A stretch of 63,017 nt of DNA, counting the filler, from Bigelowiella natans CCMP2755 (Eukaryota; Protista; Cercozoa): assembly GCA_000320545.1 (NCBI GenBank). It is 7 parts of 7 records of this genome, joined end to end, with 100 filler letters (N's around TTAATTAATTAA, not from the genome) between each part and the next. Parts side by side here need not be neighbours in the genome. Positions count along the whole stretch, not along the records: positions 43,723 to 56,550 come from ADNK01000812.1; positions 56,651 to 59,328 come from ADNK01002832.1; positions 59,429 to 63,017 come from ADNK01003527.1; 4 more parts are not named here. One strand, written 5' to 3'. The number at the start of each line of letters is the position of its first letter. Positions within the stretch are counted from its first letter, which is position 1. The translations under genes were made by a program, and so were the position numbers. Below, piece by piece: positions 53,901-63,017 of this stretch. The notes under the pieces are model-generated. The model was not told where the DNA came from, made no database searches, and saw only the letters and a list, made by a program, of their open reading frames with translations.

Positions 53901-53997
53901 GTGATAGTCTTCTTCTTTTTGATATCCTTGTTTGAGCCAAGGGGGATACCGAGGAAGAGGACACAGCCAATGCCAGCACCACGAGGCACACAAGCAT
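50987..53997 (-). CDS. Prolyl-4-hydroxylase-like Fe(II)/2-oxoglutarate dioxygenase with bipartite leader, multi-exon; last exon tentative
   Basis: IEMLSEEPPVFLV, VTRYSSGEFQRIHTDA (HxD), GGQ-RLAQCIVYLN, GLEVTPKR, GCALVFFPSFKDGVIDERMTHSGRP..EK; leader MLVCLVVLALAVSSSS plus an Arg-rich stretch. Confidence 0.85.
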
Positions 53998-54670
53998 CTA
54001 CGTATAAATTCTTCGCACGAGATTCTAATTCGCGAGACGATAATGCTAGGATGTACCCAGTGTAAGCAGAACATGAATGAGAGTTGTCTCACTGAGATGC
54101 GGCCGTAGATGCATTACTAATTGGATAATATCCTACGATATTCTAGCCGCAAAAGATTGCCTACTTTCTTCTATACTGGGCAAGCAAAAAAAAGAAAGAG
54201 GAATCTTTCGGAAGATGCTGAGGATTTCAGGATTTCATCCAAGAAACATACCCCACGAGCTTCGGCTGGATTTGGGTGATTCCACCGCCGAGAAGCAACG
54301 CGTGGCACCACGGCTACAATGGCCAGATTCATTTTTCATCTGCGACAAGGAAAATAGTGTACCACAGGTAAAAATCACTCGACAATTCCATGGAATTTCT
54401 GCAGGAAAAGATGTGCACCTCTTTTATTTGAGAAGTTGTTGAGGCAAGGAGAAAACTGAAAAGGCTTTTCTCTTGTGCGACAGGGCTCTGGATTCGTCGT
54501 TCTAAATTGAGAAAAATCGCGCGAAGTTTGGGTCAACTCCTGACAGAACAAGGTGCAGAAAATGGCGCCTGCGTGCCCTGCTTGAAATCTATGCTTTAAT
54601 TACCACACGTTGCTTGACGCTGCTGTTGGCACTCTGGAATCTGAGAAAATAATCAATCTATTTAATCTCT

Positions 54671-55871
54671 ATGACTTGTCATTGGAGCAGCTTCATCATA
54701 GCCGCGAGCACTGCCCTTTTCCTCGCAGCTGCTGTTTTGGTGCCCACAGCCCGGGTGGCGACGTCGTCGACTGCGGGAGGTAGAATCAATTTCAAAACTG
54801 CGGGTTCTTCTTTCGTGGGGGCACATGGATTGTCACACCATGCCTCTCGATTTCTCAATGTACGGCGATCGTTCCCTGAAACTCGGATGGCCATCCGGAG
54901 CCGTTGCGAGAAGGGAGCGGCTCGAAGCCAGGAAAGGCGTAACGGTGCTCCATTATCTCCCGCACGATCCCGACCTCTACCCCCCAGTTCTCTACTCCGT
55001 GAGGCAGCTACGGCAATATTATTATCCATTGCGACCGCAACAACCGTCAGCATCGGCGGCGGGGCCAGTGCAGGAGAGACGATGTCATGGAACAAGCCGA
55101 TGTCGTTCAACGAGAGGTCCGGGATCGAAAAGATTCAGGATTATGCACAGCGTGGCCTTGATGGTGCAGCTGAGACGATAAAGAAGACACCAGACATATC
55201 TGGAATCGGAAAGGATGTCGGCGAAACGTTGCAGGGAGTGAAAATCAAGCTTCCAGATGTCGATTCGGTGTCCAAGGCACAGCAGAAGGCGTTGGAGGGC
55301 GTTGGAAGTGGAATTGGGGAGGCTTTGGAGACGATGAAGAGTACGAATGTAGGCGATACACTGCAGGCTGTAACGTCCAGGCTCCCAGATGTCGACGTGG
55401 CGAAGGCTAAAGAGCAGGCGATCGAGGGTGTCGGAAAGGGGTTTGAGGAGGCCCTCGAGTCAATAAAAACTATGAAGATCCCCGATAATATTCCCAAGCA
55501 AGTTGATATTGGAGACGCATTGGAGTCTTTCAAGCCCAATATTCGCGACCTGCCACAGTCCGCTGACGTATCCAAAGCTGCCGAAAATGCGATGAGGCTC
55601 AAGGACGAGGCCATAGCCGCAGTGACCGGGTTGCAGAGTCGGGTTTTCCCCAACATCCAGGGCCAATTAGATCAGACGCTCAAAGAATTAAAATCTACCT
55701 TGGTAGTTTCAGCTTTGTTTGATACGGCATTAACTATACTGAACTGATCCTCTCAGATGTTGGTGGTGATGATAATGAGGAGGAGGGGAGGGAGGCTGAC
55801 GATGACGATGTCTGCATTATTGATGATAATGGCGATAAAGGAATGGCATGGGGGTCATGGGTTGTTCATTG

Positions 55872-55909
<38 letters not shown>

Positions 55910-56440
55910 TTTTTCTTGGCTTAAAATACAATGCTTCCTTACCTCCTTTTCTCCACACAACCACCTCATTCTTTAGGGAGACCCCGCCGCTGGTGCTGGG
56001 AGGTTGTTATCGGACGTGAAAGAGAAAGTTCCGATTGTGGGCAGCTTAGACGAAGCTACATCGTCGCTGCGAAAGACAGGTGCGGAGGCTCTTACCTCTG
56101 CTACTGGTGCTATGGAAAACGCAGCCGCTCCAGTTATTCGTCCTGTCAAACAAGCCATCTCGGACTCGTCGCCAGCCATCCAGAGCGTGCAGAAGGGGCT
56201 GAGAGCTGCCGTTAAAACAGCGACCCCGGTCCTGCTTTCTCACTTTTTATTATCCTTCTCATAGGTTGGATGGTTACACACATATATGTTGCCCGTAAAT
56301 TGAATAGGAAAGCATGACATTTGCTGCTGCTGCTGCTGCCGCTGCGTGTGCTGGTGTGATGGGGTTTATTATTAAAGATTGCGAGGGATCTAGCTGAGAA
56401 GGCGGGCCCTGCTGCAGAGACAATCAGGAAGAGTGTAGAG
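54671..56440 (+). CDS. Probable plastid/thylakoid-targeted protein with about 43-aa amphipathic repeats; 3'-partial
   Basis: Signal peptide, Arg/Ser-rich transit region, then a second hydrophobic stretch ending ASA-GE; repeats DVGETLQGVKIKLPDVD..KALEGVGSGIGEALETMK and NVGDTLQAVTSRLPDVD..QAIEGVGKGFEEALESIK. Confidence 0.65.
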
Positions 56441-56550
56441 GTACGGGCTGTTCGTACACTTCTCTCTCCCCCCCCCCCCCCCCCCTTTTTTTGTTTTTCT
56501 TTTTGATTGTTTTCTGCCCGTTTTAGTCTATGCCGAGGTTCTTTGGCAGT

Positions 56551-56650
56551 NNNNNNNNNNNNNNNNNNNNNNNNNNNNNNNNNNNNNNNNNNNNTTAATT
56601 AATTAANNNNNNNNNNNNNNNNNNNNNNNNNNNNNNNNNNNNNNNNNNNN
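56551..56650. other. Assembly gap spacer
   Basis: N run with linker. Confidence 0.98.
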
Positions 56651-56877
56651 CAGCAGGAGCAGCATCACCTCGTCGCAGCACTCTCTGTAGCTGTCTCCAT
56701 TTAGCGTGGTGGATCTTCATTCTCCGTTACTACGCGTTGCGCACCAACGTCAGTGCGGAGGCGTCAAGCGCCGTAAGTGTATGTTCCATGACGAGATAGA
56801 CCGAAGACAGCACGTAGACGTGGCGATGTACGCGCGGAAGGCGCACTAAGAATGGGCACCATAGAGCTAATTCCTTT

Positions 56878-56918
<41 letters not shown>

Positions 56919-56971
56919 TATACAATAAACATTATAAATGGACGATGACTCACCGTCTCTCCTCCTCCCAG

Positions 56972-57090
56972 GCCGAGATCCATTGTTACGACGTCGGTCG
57001 GCAAGTGCTTGGGCTTCCTGCCAAGGAAATGCTGCCCAAGATGCAGCAGGCACTCATCCAATACTACACACGGTACGAACACATCAAGAC

Positions 57091-57131
<41 letters not shown>

Positions 57132-57202
57132 CCCGCGCACACGTCACATCTACATCATAATGTGCCTGGTGTGAGTGAGCGCTGTTGCGTTGCTCTTTCA
57201 TC

Positions 57203-57233
<31 letters not shown>

Positions 57234-58801
57234 AAGCTACCAAAAGCTTTTACCGAATTCTAATGTCTTCATCGCCCATCGATCGATGCTGCCGCCGCCG
57301 CCGCTGCGTGCTGCTACAGGTTCGGTTCCAAGACATGCATTTTCACGGACACGAAGAAGTACCTTGCCATTCTCCGAGTGCATGGAACGAGAGGTAGTAC
57401 GGTGTTTCTACCAAGCACAACAACAACAACAACAACAACAACACAACAACTACTACTTCAACGATAACGACAACAACAACACATTACCAACGTCTCAGTC
57501 ATTCATGTTGTCATCGATCTCTCTCTCTCTCCCTCCCTCCCCCTCTCTCCATGAACCCTTGTGATTTATAAACTACCCAGAACTAGCAGAGGGCTTCTTA
57601 GAAGCGGTGGCATTGCACGCTGGGAAGACTTACGTACGACGGCAAAAACAGAAGCAACAAACAACGAACACCTGCTTTTCCTTCTCCTCCTCCCCTCTTC
57701 ATCATCGATAAAAAATATCATGGGATCGATGACAGAAAGGATTTCGCACATCGTCACATCGTAACAAATCGCCGTTGTAGAGTATTCGTATCTTTCTCTC
57801 TCTGAGAAAGCGAAGAGGTCCATTCTTATCGTCGTCACCATAACCAGGCCGAAGGGAGCGCAAAGGGAGTGCTTTCCCTTGTGGCTGTTAAAAAGGCACG
57901 ACGCCATCTGGGGCTAGAAATCGATCAGGCCGCGCAGGATCTCTGCAGGTGGTTCAAACGATCTACATAATGATAATAATAAGAATAAGAAGGAGAAGAA
58001 GAAAAAGACAACCAAAACTACCAGACGATTCCCTCCCTTCTCCTTCTCGTTGTTCTCCTCATTTTTATTCGATTGGTCGCTCCCCCCCCCTTCTCCCTCC
58101 CTCCCTTCCTCCCTCCAGCTTGGCTGCAGCGAATATCGCTGCGTATCTAAAGACATTTGTGCCTCTCCGGAAAGATTTGAAGGTGTGTGTAGCAGCAGAT
58201 GCTCGGAGAGGGGGGGGGTGGATGAAAAAAGGTTGGGGGGTAGCGCAAGCGAAGAATACACGCGTATATGAAGGTGCTTGTTGATGATGCTGCGTCACAC
58301 GCACGTGCACGCGCGTGTGCATTGCTGCGGTGTTGGCCAAATATTCACTCGTCGAGTAGCAAGCTGATTGCTGGTCTGTTTGATTCGGAAGGATACTGAG
58401 CGCGGACCTGGCGATGACCTAGTTGTGTTGGCAGCCCACCAGCTTCTCCAGGCGTATTATCAAGCGAGAGCAAGGGGGGGAGGAGATAGGAAATCCTCCC
58501 CCGTAGGAAATACGACGAAGACCCCGCCGCCGCCGAGTGCCTACATACAAACGGCGATCGTGGTAGCTTATACTACCTGCATTTGAGCTGCTGCTACTTT
58601 GTGCCCACGCATAAGATATATCACACTCTTCTCACTGCTATTACCACTGCTGCTGCTGCTGCTGCATCCATACCTCCTCCTCCTCCTGCTACTACTACTT
58701 CTCTTCGCTTGTAGGCCTTGGAGCTCTGCTGCTCCCATTCGCCGCACAACTTCCAAGTAACGGGCCGCCTGCATTAAATAGGAGAAATGTCATGATGATG
58801 A

Positions 58802-58833
<32 letters not shown>

Positions 58834-59043
58834 CGATCGATCGATTCGAAAGCTAAGAAAAAGAAGAAAGAGGAGAACCAGCGGCGCTACTAGACGATGA
58901 CGATAATGATGATGATGGTGATGGAAACAAATCTGACGTGAGTGCCACGCGATGATTAGGTGAAATTGCTGCTGCTGCGACTATACTCGCACCCGGAAAT
59001 ATCGGCCGCTGCACGGGCTCTTGAAGTCTTCAGATCAATGGAT
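56972..59043 (+). CDS. NAA25: NatB auxiliary subunit (NAA25/MDM20), internal fragment
   Basis: ALIQYYTR-FGSKTCIFTDTKKYL, DTERGPGDDLVVLAAHQL, ALELCCSHSPHNFQ-VKLLLLRLY..ALEVFRSMD. Confidence 0.8.
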
Positions 59044-59328
59044 GTGAGAAGGACACCCCGACACTAGCACTCATCCATACCTTCAGACATGCATATTTGA
59101 ATAGAGAGATTACATCGATCTCTTTTGACCTTGTAAAGTACTCCTGATATTAGTACGTTCGCCTTATCCATCGTGTTCATCATGATTGATGATGCTCGTC
59201 AGGTTAACACACCCGCCGCGAAATCGAGGAATGCCAGCTTGACCCCAGACGGTTTGATGACGATGATGATAATGATGATGATGATGGTGATGATAACTTT
59301 ACGATGTACCAGGTTGAGCACTAGTATC

Positions 59329-59428
59329 NNNNNNNNNNNNNNNNNNNNNNNNNNNNNNNNNNNNNNNNNNNNTTAATTAATTAANNNNNNNNNNNNNNNN
59401 NNNNNNNNNNNNNNNNNNNNNNNNNNNN
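59329..59428. other. Assembly gap spacer
   Basis: N run with linker. Confidence 0.98.
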
Positions 59429-60953
59429 GTCGAATGAGAGAGCCCACTGATTCAAGTTGCACGTCGCCACCTTGACAATATCTGCAAAAGCAACATCCTC
59501 GTGTCAAGCCCCGAACAGCGTCTGCCCCTCATGAACAGGCGTACAGCTCAGATAACCCCCACTCCCCCCCCCCCCCCCCCCCGAGTGCTCACGCCTTCAA
59601 AGGGCGACCCACCATTCTGAATGATCGCGTTGCTTCCCTTGTGATCTTGTTCGCCGGTGCTCATCGTTGGGGATGGAATGGGACGAGGGAGACTTCCGTC
59701 CTACCTTCGGTTTGTGCTTGCTTGGCTGCGTTCGCCTCCGGTCGATCGGTCGGTCGGTCAGTTTGCGAAAATCGGCGAATCCCACCGAAGTTTTTGGGAA
59801 ATACAGGCCATTTATGATGGAGGTAAATTTGTCGGCCGGAGACAAATTGTTTTCCGGGCCGAAAAGATCTCTGGAGTTCGATGGAGCTCGCAGATTTTTC
59901 TGGCCCGAAACTTCTCCGGCAAGCGCTGATCGGAATGGAGAAAGGCGATGGGGCGACGGTGCTGTCGCGTTGCGCTCTTCCACATCGACCCGAATGCCAA
60001 GCCCCTGCCTAGCTGTGGTCCGGTTTGCGTTCAGTGCCTTGCTGCTCCACTTTCTCAGCCGCTTGTGCACACTGTGTCGTGATGTCGTGGTGAACACGAA
60101 TCTTGAGTCTTGAATCTTGACGATGAAACTGCTTCGCTCGAGCTGGGAATCATTCCAAACTTTGTGCTCAACTTTGGAGTGGTGTGCTTTTCAATCAAGT
60201 GGCACTCGCAAAAATTCGAACAAGGCACAATGCAAGGGAAGCATTGAATTCGACTACGTGCCAAGCTAGCAACAAGGTGTGAGGCTTCATCAAGGTGCAC
60301 GGCGGCTAGACGGCCTGGAAAACATTGCGTTGCGGACGTTTTTCTCACTAGCTCTTGCAGTGTGCAACAGTGTGGACAACAAATTGCACAATCGTGCCCC
60401 ACTTGGCCTCTTTCCTTCCCCCGCCTCTCTCTCTGTGCTCACACCCAGGAGCCTGCAGCAGTTGCACAGCGGGGCTGCAGCTCCAGAACTGGACAAGCTA
60501 GCAAGGTGTTTGTCCGATCGGAATGTGATCATGCGTGCGAAGGCGTGCAACACACGCGCAGCTCTGGAGCTTGCATTGGCGGTGATAGTGTGACGTTACA
60601 CATGCACGAACTGACACATGTGCAACACAGCAGGCGAAAAATCTGTTCTCAGACGGGTTTCAGCATGCATGCCACATAGCATGGGCAATTTCAGCAACAG
60701 CGATGACAGCATGATTGCTCTGGTACCCTGACTACGAGCAGTGAAAAAGTTGGCCGTGCTAGCTAGCTAGCGTGCATGATCGACAGCGAGTGAGAGCAAA
60801 CATCTAGAAGCTCAACCCGCTGATACGTAGCGCTGCTAATCGATGGCAATGATATCACGTGTCGCACCTTTCTCGTCGTTTCATTCATGCAATGTACATG
60901 GAGGCTGTGCGAACTCTAAAATGAAGAACACTTTCTATCCAGACTGGCATGTG

Positions 60954-61489
60954 TCAGGTAGACGAAACGTCTTCACCACCAACTAATCCCACATACTCAC
61001 GGGCTTGCTTGCGGACTAATTCGTTATGCGAACCTTGTTGCACGCATTTACCGCCATCCTAAGTGCCCAATAAAAGCAATTTGTCAATGGACGTGAACAC
61101 ATTGTGCAGAAATGCATGGCATACCATGACAAAGATGTGGTCCACTCTCTTCGCCACGCTTCCAAGATCATGAGAAACGAGCACAAGCGTCTGCAATCAA
61201 GTTTGACAAAATAATAAGCACGCACTTCAGTTCATTCTCTTAACCACAATACACTTTCATGGAATCCAGACCTGATTGTGCTTCTTCACGAACTCAAAGA
61301 GGCGGGGTAGTACGTGAGAATTTCTCTGCAAAAAGAAAAGAACGACGATGACCGCTCGATCAGAAATCACAACAGTTGAAAACATTTTGTAATCATCGTG
61401 ACAGCTTACTTTGATGGCGTCCATTTGCCCCAAGGCCTCGTCGAGAATGACGATCTAACACGAACACCATCGTCACCATCATCAAGAGC

Positions 61490-61533
<44 letters not shown>

Positions 61534-62098
61534 ATTTGGGCTGCGGGTGACAAAAGTCGCTGAAACACGCTCAAAACCTGCGCCTCCGGTCTCAGGAAAA
61601 CCCGCGCGAGCGCCACGCTCTGAGCGAACCCCCCTGAAAGATTCGTTCCCCGCGTGTTGGTGTGCATGTCTAATATATCCGCCCTCGTTGTCTTCTCCGC
61701 CTCTCCCTCTTCACCGCCATTTTCCTGGTGGTCATCGTCATCGTTGCCGCCGCCACCACCTCCCTCATCGTGATGATGCGCGCCGGGTGAAAGCGAGGCA
61801 GAGGTAGGTCGCAGCGGAGAGCCCCGGCTGCGACGAGCATCCCCCATCGGTGCTAATACACTGCCGTCGGCATGGTCGTCGTGGTCGTCGGCACCTTGTT
61901 TAGTTTGATGAGAGGAGGGCAGCGGGCGCCGTCTCCTCCTTCTGCTACTGCTCTCTGCTCTTTGCAGCCTCTTCCGTCCTATCGTCGTCATCGAGTCGAG
62001 GCGCCTCATTGTTGACATAGCCAGCATCGGCTGGCAGGTATGCTCGTGCGTAACGGACGCAACTCTGTCCTGATTAATGGCCGCGATGCAACACACAC

Positions 62099-62149
<51 letters not shown>

Positions 62150-62257
62150 GCACACGTGTAAGTGTCTATTTATTTCTTTCCCACGTATGGGGGTGTCTCA
62201 CAGAGAGACAGAGAACAAAATACATACACACCGCTCTTTCAATACATTTATATTTTA

Positions 62258-62309
<52 letters not shown>

Positions 62310-62479
62310 TATATATATATATATATACTATATACTATAATATGAATAATACCGTTGCAAAATTCATGCCTTCTCTCGATAGCTGCCTCTGTGATATCTT
62401 TGGGATGACCTCTTCAGGTTCCCCCCCTCCTGGTACCATATTATTAAAATTTTACAGATGTGCGTGCACGCGCGCGCGC

Positions 62480-62513
<34 letters not shown>

Positions 62514-63017
62514 ATGATTCATGCCATCACTACGTTCCTGTTGCACCGATAATGATAATAATAATATTAATATTGATGATGATGATAAAAGGAATACGTG
62601 CTGTCCTCCATTCCAGTTCCGCGACAAGCTGTGAGTAGGGTAAATGATGATGAAATGTGCCGTCAACTGGTAGGAATGATGACGACGACAGCAACGGTGA
62701 TGGCAGTGATGGTAGTGATGATGATGATGGTGATGATGCTGTGCTTGACGATGGAAATAGAGTCTGATGATTTATTACAACAACCAGAGAGCACCCACCT
62801 CTGCACACATACCTGCTGCCACAGCTTACGTACCACCCGCCCATTTCTTCTTCCATCATCTCCAAGACTCTGATGATGGGAGAGTCCGAGTAGGGTAGAA
62901 ATGGAGGAAAGGGGGGGGGGGCGGGGGGGGGGGAGTCGATAGTTCAACAATACGTTTGAGTGCTCGCATGTGCGAGTTTGGATGGCAATGGAGTGGTCCG
63001 TACATCGTCTCACGATA
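60954..63017 (-). CDS. ABC transporter, C-terminal nucleotide-binding domain; 5'-partial
   Basis: RGTNLSGGFAQSVALARVFLRPEAQ-IVILDEALGQMD (signature plus Walker B), TLVLVSHDL (H-loop), VDHIFVM-DGGKCVQQGSHNELV, stop at 60954. Confidence 0.9.

Noticed and set aside
59597-60113. ORFs of 148-166 aa as genes
   Set aside because: No recognisable motif; they overlap the TA-poor island where stops are depleted.

Overview
Eukaryotic, intron-rich nuclear DNA made of seven contig pieces joined by 100-bp N spacers carrying a TTAATTAATTAA six-frame-stop linker. Three proteins have signal-peptide plus transit-peptide leaders, pointing to an alga with a secondary plastid (chlorarachniophyte-like; inference). 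About 15 multi- or single-exon genes are readable: a YCF48/BNR membrane protein, an NCKX exchanger, an RPEL protein, a bacterial-type BNR secreted protein, HGD, TSR1-like, SWC6/ZNHIT1, HemF, GT32, a COG2521-like methyltransferase, GNL1, a SPRY/RCC1 protein, a prolyl-4-hydroxylase-like oxygenase, a probable thylakoid protein, NAA25 and an ABC transporter. Most introns are packed with microsatellites. The main unexplained signal is a set of intergenic islands (about 2.76-5.0, 12.2-13.1, 26.2-26.8, 49.3-50.6 and 59.8-60.7 kb) from which the TpA dinucleotide is strongly depleted while CpG, TG and CA are abundant. The few surviving TAs sit mostly in CTA/TAG context. One island is a LINE remnant, and two share a diverged repeat whose differences fall on TA/TG/CA/CG. 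This looks like a repeat-targeted TA->TG/CA hypermutation process, opposite in direction to fungal RIP. All counts were made by eye, and exon coordinates of multi-exon genes are approximate.
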